From the NCBI GenBank assembly GCA_048213135.1, contig PS015012.1, forward strand, positions 86,301 through 120,801: a stretch of 34,501 nt of DNA, read 5' to 3'. Position numbers and translations under genes: made by a program. Of the stretch, positions 15,425 through 26,653 are shown in pieces. Each line of letters opens with the position of its first letter. Position 1 is the first letter of the stretch. The notes beneath the pieces were generated by a model. That model was not told the origin of the DNA. It worked only from the letters and a program-made list of their open reading frames with translations, and ran no database searches. The stretch is from Reclinomonas americana ATCC 50394 (taxonomy: Eukaryota).

Positions 15425-15573
15425 CTGAACGCCGAGCAGGAACAAGGTGGGCACGATGTGGATAGATGGAGGAAGGGTGGTGGTGGTGGTGGTGGTGCGT
15501 AGGAGTGCAAGTGCATCACGGTGCAAAAGTGAGAAATGGTGTGTGTGCGTCTCNNNNNNNNNNNNNNNNNNNN

Positions 15574-15905
15574 ACTTATTGTGCGTCGGCGGTGCTGCTG
15601 CCGTCGTTGACGTCGACCGCTCAATGAGTTTACTCACTTTTTTTGCTTGCTTTTGCATGCAGTTGACCAACACGGGAACGCTGTCGGCGGTGCTGACCGT
15701 GGTGTTTTTTATTGGCCATGTTGCGTGTCTGTGGCGCGCCGAAATGCAAACCTTTCCCCGTCATCTAACTCGCGTACCTGTGCTGCAGGCGATTGCGTTG
15801 AACATGGAGGAAAAGTGGCACCTCAGCGGCCGCACGTGGGTCTGGACGGTGCACATCTGCCTGGCGCCGTTCTTTGTCGAGCCTCTACTGGCGCTCATCG
15901 GCTGA
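15574..15905 (+). CDS. 3' fragment of a membrane protein, Mpo1/DUF962-like (tentative)
   Basis: VLTVVFFIGH|AIALNMEEK...ICLAPFFVEPLL resembles the QFIGH..E.....LAPFFV pattern; the 5' part is lost in the gap. Confidence 0.4.
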
Positions 15906-15940
15906 ACAATACACACATACACACAGTAGTGCTCCATCCT

Positions 15941-18900
15941 TCATATATAGACGAGTTTCTCGGCGCGTCCCGATCGCTCGCCACGCCGCTTCGGAGGCGC
16001 CAGGAAGCCGAGATGCATGAGCTCGCCCACCGCAAAGAAGAACCTGGCTGTGCAGAAGCGTCGTCGTTATGGATAGCAGAGGTGATATCAACGAAGGCGA
16101 GGAGTGGGAGAGCGGTCGGCAAAGGATATTGTAAGGTGGCCTGTTTCGATGCCTTGCCCTTCGACTGTGAGGCAGCCTCGTCGCGCCGTTGCTGTGCGCG
16201 GAGTTCTGCATCAAATGCGCGAAACAGGTCGGCGAGGTTGATCTTGCGGCCAGCCTCCTTGTACAACTTGAATCTGTGAGTGGCAGCAGTCAGCGCCACG
16301 AGGGATGAAGATGAGGATGAAAACAAGCAAGCAAGCACGAAGCAGCAACGCAGTGTCGACATTGGGGAATTGGACAGCCAACTCGACATCGTGTTGCACA
16401 TCGGGCAGCGAGCTGGCCAGAGCCGCGCGCGTCCAGTAGCGAAAGTCGGGATTGAACATCTGGGTGGGCACAGCTGTGTGAAACTCGCACATGTGCGCAA
16501 CCAACGTATCGAAACACGCACTTGCTGCAGTGTACGCGGCGCGGCGTAGAAGCAGAATTCGTTTGCCAAGAACCGCTCGCCAGTCGGGAGCGACAGGATC
16601 CGTCTGCGTAGGCCAATGTCAGACAAAAACGACAAGTGACAGTGGTGTTCCTGTTCTGAGACGCAGCTGGAAGAATGCGCGCACAGTCGCGACAATTTCA
16701 GTGACTATGCGACCTGGATCGTCCTCCGCTCGAGCGCAACCACCAGCACCAGCACTGCCACCACTTGTTCTGTGTGCATGTCATGTGCATTGCGTAGCAG
16801 TCCGTCAGTCCCATCGACGAAAAAGTTACCGAGCTGCATGCAACACAACTTGGAACGCTTCTTCGCTGGCTCGTCAGCATCGGTGTCGCCTCGTGATCGT
16901 CGACGACGGCGCTGGGACAAAACAATTGTCGATTAGTGGATGTGAAGAAAAAACAAGGAGAAGAGTGAATACACCAAGATAGTCAAGTCAGCACACACCC
17001 CAACGCCGTCGGCACTCGCTGTCACCTCGGCTTGTCGATCATCAGCACCGGCGTCTTCACCTTCGCCCCCAGCATCGGCATGTGCTTCTGCGGCAGCCAG
17101 AGAAGAGCTGGCGCGACTACACAGGCGCACCAGTGGTTCATATTGCGTCGGCGCATACAGTGCACCGCCGCTGTTGGTGGTGGCCTCCTGCAATCTCGAC
17201 AACAGTGTCCTGAGTGCCTGCACGCATTGCGAAGCAGGCCGTTTGCTGCAAGGCGCACTGAGTGTGAGCAATCGAGATGGACAAGACAACAACGGCTGCA
17301 CGCGCAAAACCTCAGTGCATCCATGTGTCGCTGAATCAGAGTGTACCAGCCAGTGTCGGACTCGTTGTTCACTACACACAAAACTCGTCAGTGCAACACT
17401 GACGGCAACGCATCCCGAATTACGCACCGGCAACACCACTGGCATCTTCGCCGGCCAACGGACGCCGTGTGATGAACGACGTAATGTGCGCCTCCAATAC
17501 TGCGCAAGTGTTTTCAGTAAAGACAGCCGACAACATTCGTATAGCGCGCAACGCACATTCCGGTTGCGACGCCTTGAGCCGCTCCCGATGATCACGAGCT
17601 GCCGTCACCACCACGGCCGCGTAAATGTCACTCGCGGCGACCGGACTCTCTTCGTCGCCACACTCGCTCAGGAAATCGGCGCACAGATGGATGGAGGCTG
17701 CGCGCTGCATCGCCAAGTTTTCCCAGTCAGCGACCGTCACACACAGTGCATGCTGGCGCTCTCTCATCGCACCTGTTGATGTTCACGGGCTACCATCGTC
17801 ACTGCCTCCGGCATCGCCTTTCGCAGTGCAATGTCGTCACCAAAGAGCACCAGCTGGCGATCGGCCTGATCGGCCAGGCTGCTCAGCCACCTGGAGTGCA
17901 ACGCGGGTGTTAGGCCCGAGATCCGCACCATTAAGACACATACACACACACACTCTCTCTCTCTCTCTCGTTGACGCACTGTCGGAAGCTGACAGTCCGC
18001 CGGAAGCGCGACAAGAAGCGGCGTGACAAGGTGTTGCACACTTGCTGCACCGAATTCAAGTCGTCCTCCGCCAGTCGAACAGCCAGGAAGGCGAGATCCG
18101 AGTCCTCCAGCAGGCGATGCCAGCAGTACTGAGGACGCACGCAACGAGATGAGGGGATGAAGAGAGGGTGTGTCACCACTGCCGACGCACCTTGGTCATG
18201 TGTATCAGCGACTGCACTGACGCAGTGATGCAGTCGTAGGTCTGCAGAATGAATTCGGCAACAGTGGGGTGGAGTGCCAGTGGTGAACGGCTGTCGTACA
18301 TGCAGTGGCCGATGACAGCATTGCGCAGTCGACGTGGAACGCCAGTGCAATCAATGGACTGTACGCGAGTGCGAAAGACGTGACGCGACTCGCACAGAGC
18401 GGCTGTTGTCGGATCACTGCCGTGTGCCAGCACAGTGACTACCACCACGAATGGAATCGAGGCCGCGTACAGACCCAGAGTGTAGACCAGGTCCGACAGA
18501 GCGCCATACTCGAAGATCTCCGTCTGCAGCACCGTGATCACCACATCGTCGCCTGCTCCCACCAGCGTCAAAACACAGAAAAAAAACATGACACGCGCTA
18601 ATGATGTAGGAAGACGAGACACACCATTGCCACATTGCCCATACAACGCAATCAAGTCGTCAATGTCCATGTCGTTGGGGTCCATCTGCACACAAAAAGA
18701 GTGTGTGGGTGGCGACACCAATACCATGGACAGCAGTGATCGTGAAACCTTGTTGCCACGCGCAGCCGGCCGACCTGCTGCCGCCACCGAGCGATCCACC
18801 AGTGTGCGGCCGACTTGCGACACAATCTCTTGCAAGCACGACCCAGCATCGGTCCACACACGATGCGAAGGCAATTGCACTTGCAGTGGTGGACGAGCCC

Positions 18901-20891
18901 CGTACGCGCCGTGAAGGAGCACGGTGCCCCATGCACTGGCGTCGAGTGCCGACGAATCTGCACCAATAGTAATGCATGAGAACGCGGAAGAGACAGGCGC
19001 TGTATGTACCCCCCCCNNNNNNNNNNNNNNNNNNNNNNNNNNNNNNNNNNNNNNNNNNNNNNNNNNNNNNNNNNNNNNNNNNNNNNNNNNNNNNNNNNNN
19101 NNNNNNNNNNNNNNNNNNNNNNNNNNNNNNNNNNNNNNNNNNNNNNNNNNNNNNNNNNNNNNNNNNNNNNNNNNNNNNNNNNNNNNNNNNNNNNNNNNNN
19201 NNNNNNNNNNNNNNNNNNNNNNNNNNNNNNNNNNNNNNNNNNNNNNNNNNNNNNNNNNNNNNNNNNNNNNNNNNNNNNNNNNNNNNNNNNNNNNNNNNNN
19301 NNNNNNNNNNNNNNNNNNNNNNNNNNNNNACCAGGTGGTGGTGGTGGAGAGGCGGATGGGACACACACTCGTCGCAAGCGTGTGAGGGAGGGTCAGCGAT
19401 TGCTGGCGCTGCTGACAGCGAGCGAACGCGCTGCAGTGCACCACGATCCGCACCGGCAGACTCTGCGTGCGCATCGACGAGCATCGACCTCGTCGTCTGC
19501 AGCAGGCACAGGGCCGTCGACACCGGCAGGCTCACAGCGACGAAAGTCGACGGGAATGATGCTGACGCAGCAGTCGGTGACGGGCGAGGAGGCTGTGGAT
19601 CGCCTGCTGGAGGAGATGGATGTGGTCGAGATTGAGCCGCGACGGAGACGAGTGTCGGCGGCGTCGTCGTCGTGTCGTGTGGTGGTGGCACCCAAGGCGG
19701 CGACGACAACGACAACTGCAGTGACGGCGGCGACGGCGGCCACTGCCGGCAGCAGTCGCCGTGGTCGTGGTCGCGGTCGCGGTCGCGGTCGAGGTCGCGG
19801 TCGTCGCGTTGTTCCTGGTCGTCGACCGCTTCGTGTTCGCGACAGCAGTAGCAGTGGTGGCAATGACAGCAGTAGTGACGATGATGACGAGGATGAGGAT
19901 GAGGACAGCAGCGATGACGATGATGATGAGGACGACAGCAGCGACGACAGCAGCGACGATGACGACGAGGAGAGCAGCGAGGAAGAAGACGACGCGAGCT
20001 CCGACATGTCGAGCGACGACAGTGAAGAGGAGGAGGAGGAGGAGGAGACAGCAGTGGTTCGACGGCGGCGTCTGCGTGACGCCAAGGAGCGTGCTACGCA
20101 TCGTGCCTCAGGTGCGTCGCACGAAAGCAACGGTTCGAATGGTGTGAATGCTCATTGCTGTGCACACAGAACTCATCATGCGACGCATGCGGTCGGCGGC
20201 GTTTGACGTGGTCTGCAAGTGGCTGGATGCGGCAGTGGAGGTGCGTATGCTTGTGCTTGTCGGCTACACTGTCGATTCTAACGCGCCGCACGTCATGCAG
20301 GCCAGCTACGTGGATGCCACTCGCGGGCCTGCCGCACAACTGCGGCAATTCTTGCAGTTGTCGGGTGCCGCCTCTGCAGAACGTGTGCGTGTTGCTCTGC
20401 TGCTGACAGGTATAAGTGTGCGACGGGGGCGGGGGGGGGGGGGGGGGGTACATACGNNNNNNNNNNNNNNNNNNNNAGCGAACAGTGGCGGTGGTGGCTC
20501 GTCGTCGTCGTCGTCGTCGCCCTGCAGCAGCTCGTCCAGGTGCTCCACCGCTGCGCGCGCCACAGGTGAGCGAGTGATGGGGAGAGTGGAATGCACACTT
20601 CACATACCATCCTCCGAGACCACCACAAAGGCGAGCACCATCAACGCCGACTGCCGGTGCCGTGGCTCGCCCACTGCCGCACTCAACGTGTGCACCAGGG
20701 CGCCATCACGCCACCGCACGACATCCGCCCGCTCCGCGTGTGTCGCCACTGTGTTGCTCGTTATCAAGTGTTGTCGAGGGACATCCACAAGTGTACGCAC
20801 CACGCAACGCCTCACACAGCTGCTGCAGTGCCACCGCACGCTGCTCGGCATCGACCGCAGCTGCGGCGGCCACCATTACTTCCTCGAGCAT
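15941..20891 (-). CDS. ORC3: Origin recognition complex subunit 3, multi-exon, with long N-terminal extension; segment 19330-20456 inverted
   Basis: VRVALLLTD; VVITVLQTEIFEYGALSDLVYTLG..IPFVVV; PLALHPTVAEFILQTYDCITASVQSLI; NEFCFY..FNPDFR; FKLYKEAGRKINLADLFRAF; LQARFFFAVGELMHLGFL. The start codon (20891 or 20876) is uncertain. Confidence 0.85.
16050..16129 (-). other. U12-type (minor spliceosome) AT-AC intron, 80 nt, last intron of ORC3
   Basis: 5' end ATATCCTTT, branch-site-like TCCATAAC (16073-16066) about 16 nt before TGCAC; removal restores LQARFFFAVGELMHLGF. Confidence 0.9.
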
Positions 20892-21161
20892 CGTTGGAGA
20901 CAAGTGATTGAAACACAATGGAAGGATCGACCAACAAAAAAAGAACAGCGCAGCGCCGTAGCCCCTTTTTCACTTCCTCCCACTTTCACCAACTGCATCG
21001 TCGCCCAGCCACCACAAGCACGCACGCACGCACAACTAGCACAGAGAAAAAACGCAAGAATGAATACACAGTGAAGGAAAAAGAGAGTGAAGAGAGGCAA
21101 GCTGCACTGCCACTCCTTCTCCCTCCTCTTCCCTCCCTTCTCCTCCTCGTCGTCATCATCG

Positions 21162-21788
21162 TCACTCCCTTTGCGTGGCGAGCTTTGCACGCTCCCGCCA
21201 CTCGGCGAGCAGCGAGTACTTCTCCTCGAGCGCCTTGCGCATTCTCTCCAGCACCTCCTCCAGTCGCGTGGTGTTCTCGCGAATCGCCGGCAGCACCTCG
21301 CCTACTGTGCGCTCCACCAGCACACCGCCCACCATGCGGAAACACCGCCGTGCGCCATCGAGCTTCTCCAGTTGTCCCATCAGCGTACTATATAATGTGA
21401 AGAGAGTGGCATGTGTGTGCGTGAGCGATCAAGAGTGTGTGTGTGTACGCTGGGGAGAGGGGTGAGCGCGCGTGTGTGTGTGTGTGGAGAGAGGACGAGC
21501 GCGTGTGTGTGTTGTGTTGTGTATGAACATGTCGGTGGGCGCACGCAACTGGTGCTCGCTGCGTTCCCGCTCCAGGTCTTGCACCTTTTGCGAGTGCGAC
21601 GACACCTCCTTCTGCAGCGCCTCGTACTTTTGCACCACCTCCTCAGGGCTCATATCCTCAGCATGTGCAGAAGATGATGATGATGATCCTGAGCCAGATC
21701 CGCTGGCTCCTCCTGCTGGTGATGATGCTGCAGGTACGACCGCTGCTGCTGCTGCTGCTGGTGCTGCTGGTGGCGCCGCGTCGCTCAT
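21162..21788 (-). CDS. PFDN2: Prefoldin subunit 2; exons 21788-21550 and 21387-21162
   Basis: SEHHTLMGQLEKLDGARRCFRMVGGVLVERTVGEVLPA signature. Confidence 0.93.
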
Positions 21789-21880
21789 ATGCTGTTGAGT
21801 AAGTGTGTGCCGTAATCCACCGGTTCAGTCGGGTGAACGAATTGCGTTCATTTCCCCCACCCGCACAATCAACAGCGAAA

Positions 21881-23124
21881 AGTGCGTCTGCTCTCTGTGG
21901 CCTCTCGCGGGTCACTGCCCGCTCTCTGTCTCCGTCTCTGCGTGTGTGTGTGCGCCTGTGTGTGTCGTGTGTTGTGATGGGCTTGTGCGTGTCTGTGTGC
22001 GTGCGTGTGTGCGCCATGCGCATGCCGTACATTTGCATGGCCACCGCCCTCGCTCTCCCCGTGCCCCCCTCTCCACGCAGTTTGTGTGTCTGCGTGTGTG
22101 TTGCGGGGTGTTTGTCTCTCTGTGGAACGAAAAACAGGCTTCTCTCTTTCTCGAGTCATGATGGGGCGCTGATTGTGTTTGTTTGTTTTGCAGTGGTGCG
22201 ACACAACAACATGATCCCCAATGCCCACTTCCACAAGCAGTGGGACCGCCGCGTGAGGACGTGGTTTGACCAGCCGGCCAAGAAGGTCGCTCGCCGCCGC
22301 GCTCGTGCCGCCAAGGCAAAGCAGGTCAGCTTGTCAAATGATGATGATGCTGATGGATGACAGAAATCAAGGCCGCTGACTCCTTCTCTCTGTGTGTTTG
22401 CTTGTCAAGATCTACCCGCGACCTGTGCAGGGCCCCCTGCGCCCGGTGGTGCGCGCACAGACCGTGCGCTACAACACCAAGGTGCGCGTCGGCCGTGGCT
22501 TCAGCATGCGCGAGCTGGCGGTACGTGGATGATGATGATGTTGGATGATGGGGAGTAGGCCCTGCAGCGCGCTCAATCGGCGACTGTCTGTCTTGTGTGT
22601 GTGAGAGTAGGAGGCTGCCATTCCCAAGCGCTTTGCACGCACCATTGGCATCTCTGTGGATCACCGCCGCAAGAACCGCAGCGCCGAGGGTCTGCAGACC
22701 AATGTGCAGCGCCTGAAGGTTTGTTGTGTGCGTGTGTGTGGTGGAACGGCAGTGCAGGCAGGCAGGCGCGGGTCCTCAATACGTGCTGTGGTGCTAGGCA
22801 TACATGGCCAAGCTGGTCCTGTACCCGATCAAGAAGAACAAGCTGCAGGCTCGCGAGGTCGCCCCGGCTGAGTTCAAGACCCTGGGTCAGGCCAAGGGTG
22901 CTCTGCTGCCGCCCAAGGGCCCGGCTCCCCGCTCGATGGTACTGCTCGCACGCCTCTCCTCCCCACGTATACGCATGAGGATCTCATTGTTGTTGTTGTT
23001 GTTGTCGCAGTCCCGCGCCATCACCGACGCTGACAAGGCATTCAAGGCATACAGCACTCTGCGTAACGAGGCAGCCAATGCCCGGCGTGTGGGCAGCCTG
23101 CTCAAGCGCCGCAAGGACAAATAA
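21881..23124 (+). CDS. RPL13: 60S ribosomal protein L13 (eL13); start codon probably split A|TG by intron 21882-22193
   Basis: [88 protein letters not shown]. Confidence 0.96.
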
Positions 23125-23386
23125 TCAGACTACTGAGCAGCCTCTGGCTCGCGCTACTCTTGCTGTTGTCGTTGTGGGTGCGCATTCCAGCTTGCGCGGC
23201 TGCCTTGGAGGTCACCTTGCACTCACCGCCATTGTATTGGTGGTGGAGGTGTGGTGGTGAAGTATCTTGTGTGGCTGTGTAAGTGAAGACATGCGTTTCT
23301 ATGCACGTGGTCTTGCGCAGGCGCACACTCTGCTCTCCGTTGACAGTGTCGTGTTTGTAGGATTTTTCCCTTCATTTCTCCCTCTC

Positions 23387-24736
23387 TCACATGAACACGG
23401 ACGTGTATGTGGGCACCTGCACAGCAGCCGCGCGGTGAGCAACAGAAGAGGCGGGGAGAGTGCACAGCTGCCGGCGTAACCTTGGATTTGATAATGGGGC
23501 ACGCCTCGGGTCCACCGTGCTCCTCGAGGCACTGCAGTGTTTCTTCGATTTTCGGCTTGAGCTTCTTGTCAAAGGCCTTCTTCGATATTTGACCCACGAT
23601 TTGCACGAGATGCTCATTCAACGACGGTCCCACCGCGCGCGACAGCGACTGAATGGCGTCGAGCGCCGACAGGAACGTCTCCTGATCGGCGCCCAGCAAC
23701 GACACGCGCAGTGGTCCCACCAATTTGTTAAGCAGCGGCGTTACCTTTTCCTCGGCCGCCTGCCCCTCGCGAGTGAGACCCAGGCCCACCACACACACAC
23801 AGAGACATGATCAAAAACTGACCGTGGCGCCCATCATATCCTTCCACGCCAGTCGCGCCATGGTCACATACGGATGCTTGGTTTCGCGCAGTCCATCACA
23901 TACCGTCACCAGCAACTGCGAGTAGTCCAGGTCCACCAGCGGCACATCCCACGTCAGATACATACTCGACGAGGTGTGCTGAATACGTGCCGGGATGGAT
24001 CCGGCATTGTAGGCCGCCTGGAACGGCGTGGCCTTCTTGGAGGGCGCCGCAAACGGATCTTACCAATAACACAAGAACAATGACAATCAGGGCTCTGCCA
24101 CACACACTCATTCCCTGCGCTGACGACAGAGGGACGCACTCACCGACGACCTTGTGCGTGTCATACCGCGAACGTGAGATGCGAGTCGCCGCCGCACCAC
24201 CACTGCTGCTGCCAGCGCCACCATCATCGTCTGTGCAAAAAAATCAGGACAAGGCAGTTGGTGGTCACTCAACTCTTGCTCTCTCTCTCTCTCTCTCTCT
24301 CATAAGGCTCACCAGTAGCAGGTTCCCTCTTACGTGAGGCCGTCGCGGCAGACGCAGCAGCACCGCGTTTGCCAATCTTGCCCGTTGCAGCCGTTGCAGC
24401 CGTTGTTGTTGTCGCCGTCGCTGCGCTTCCTGCACGCCTGGGAGCCGCAGCTCCAGCAGCAGCTGTAGTCGACGAAGAAGAGGAGGCAGTGGCCGCTCGC
24501 ACTCGCACCGACGACGGTCCAACGGATAGTGACGACGAGGAGGGTGGTGNNNNNNNNNNNNNNNNNNNNNNNNNNNNNNNNNNNNNNNNNNNNNNNNNNN
24601 NNNNNNNNNNNNNNNNNNNNNNNNNNNNNNNNNNNNTGGGGCGCGCCGAGGCCGCACTGCCAGTGCCACCGCGTGCGCCTCCAACAGGACCCTCCATCAC
24701 CGTGCTGGAGCCAAAGGAGACTCGCCGCGATGCCAT
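23387..24736 (-). CDS. PACRGL: PACRG-like protein; spans the gap at 24550-24636
   Basis: VDPFAAPSKKATPFQAAYNAGSIPARIQH..LTWDVP..LDY..LLVTVCDGLRETKHPY...VGPSLNEHL..IEETLQCLEEHGG..IIKSKVPTYTS. Confidence 0.88.
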
Positions 24737-24800
24737 CTTTTCCCTTGAGCGACGACAGACAGGAACAAGGACGACGATCAGGACATCATCGCCACCAATA

Positions 24801-26562
24801 ATGCGCGGCACACGCGCGCTCGGCGACTGCACGTTGCCGATCGTGGCGCTGTCGATTGTGGCGCTGCTGTCGTTCATGGGCCTGGTGTGGGTCGGCTTTC
24901 CATCGTCGCCCACGCAGCGCGCATCGTCGTCGTCGTCGTCGTCGTCTGCGTCATCCGCGTCTGCGTCATCATCGCTGTCCCTCACGCCGCCACCACCATC
25001 GCCTTCCGATGCCTCTCGATCGGGCAAGGCCGCTGCTGGTGGTGGTGGTGGTGGTGGAGCGACAGGTCGTGCTCGCGGCACCTCTGCGCAACAACAGCAG
25101 TCGCCAAAGCAGTTTCCGCTCGCTGCCAGGTGGCGTGATCTGTGTCCACTCGGCCGGTGGCTCGAGGCGCAGCCTGTGGTCACTGAGCAGCGTTGCGTTC
25201 GAAGGCTGGTGCCCCGCTCGCGTCGTCTCTCTCGTCTCTCACTCGTTGCGCGCATGCGCAGTCTTGTCACGCATTGGCGAAAACTGTGCGCTGATTGTGC
25301 GCTACCTCGCACCGTGGATGGAGAGCGGCATTAGCGGGGCGGCAGTGGATACGGCACTGGCCAAGTTTGCGCCGAACAAGTCGCGTCTCGTGGTCTTCTT
25401 CTACAATCACGAGAGCAACACACTGGAGTGGGATGTGATGCATCCGACCGCCGACGGCAAGTCGACCAGCGATTACCGAGTGTGCGTTTGTTGTTTGTTT
25501 ACCCAGCGCCTTCCCCTGACTCCCTTCCTGACTCTGCTCTGTGTGTGTGTGTGTGCCTGGCCGTGCAGGAAAAATATCGCACGCATGATCCTGCGTGTGA
25601 TCACTGCCGGGCCGCCACTGTCGCACTCGTTTGTGTTGCCGGTAGAGTGCGACGATGTGCCGAAGCAGCGCAAGAGTCAGTGGGTGCCGTCGGAGCAGCT
25701 GCCGATGCCGCCGTTCTCTGCGGCGTTTCTGGCACACGAGGAGTACTACGATGTGCCGCTGCCGGATTTTGCGTTTGAGAACTGGGAGGCGGCGTCGTTG
25801 GAAGACTACGAGGAGGAGGTGCGGCGAGTGAAGGAGCGAGCCGACAGCACGCCGTGGGAGCGGCGCACGCCAAAGGCCGTGTTCCGTGGCTCGCTGTCGT
25901 CGGGATGGTGGGGCGATGAGCCGAGTCCACGTGCACTGCTGTTCGAGCAGTGTGCCAACGTGACGAGTGTGTGCGATGTGCGTGAGGCGCGCAAGTGGGC
26001 CGGCGCGGACGCCGGTGACGAGGCGGAGCAGAAGCGGCAGGCTGGATATTTGTCGCTGGCCGAGCACTGCGATTACCAGCTCATTCTCTCGCCAGAGGGC
26101 AAGACGTGGACCGCCCGCACCAAATACCACATGTGGTGCGGTTCGGCGTTGGTGGTGCCACGCCATCGCTTCCACGAGTACTGGTGGCCGCTGGCGCGTC
26201 CGGGTGTCGACTACCTGCCCGTGGAGTACGACTCGCGCACGCTCGTGCAGCGCCTGGAGCGCCTGCTGCTGCCGCCACCCCCACCCTCAGAACCCAACAA
26301 GCAAGTGACGGTGGCCGGCACTGGCACCGGTCAGCCACCGCCCGGTACAGAACTACGGCGACTCGGTCTCAACGCTCGCGCGCTGGCAGAGCGACATTTG
26401 ACCCGCGAGGCCGCCCTGTTGTACCTGCGCATGATGCTGGAGATGATTGGTGCGCTGGAGCAACTCGGCGGTTTCGATGTTACTCGGCGGCTCAGCGGCC
26501 GCCCTGTGCCCGTCAGCGAGCTATTACCGCGGTCTCGCTCAAAAGGGCGCGGCGATGGTTGA
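24801..26562 (+). CDS. Type II membrane glycosyltransferase, GT90/CAP10 (POGLUT/KDELC-like); 3 exons
   Basis: N-terminal signal anchor and Ser/Pro stem, then DVPLPDFAFENW...PWERRTPKAVFRG...LSLAEHCDYQLILSPEGKTWTARTKYHMWCGS...EYWWPLARPGVDYLPV. Confidence 0.88.
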
Positions 26563-26653
26563 TATTAGAGAGAGTAAATGGCATCGAAATTGGCAACTTC
26601 CGTGCATGCCAACGTCCTGCGTCCCGTGCGGCCGTTTAGGCGAGATCTCAGGT

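Noticed and set aside
22155-22193. Alternative 39-nt first intron for RPL13 (A|GTCATG)
   Set aside because: Shorter than the other introns here and a poorer donor than GTGCGT at 21882; not fully excluded.
22326-22409. ATGATGA...CTGA in RPL13 intron 2 as a box C/D snoRNA
   Set aside because: Only about 40 nt between the boxes; ATGATGA is part of a (GAT)n microsatellite and CTGAC is the likely branch site.
26585-26615. TGGCAAC upstream of the ciliary WD40 gene as an RFX X-box
   Set aside because: Only a half-site; no palindromic partner.
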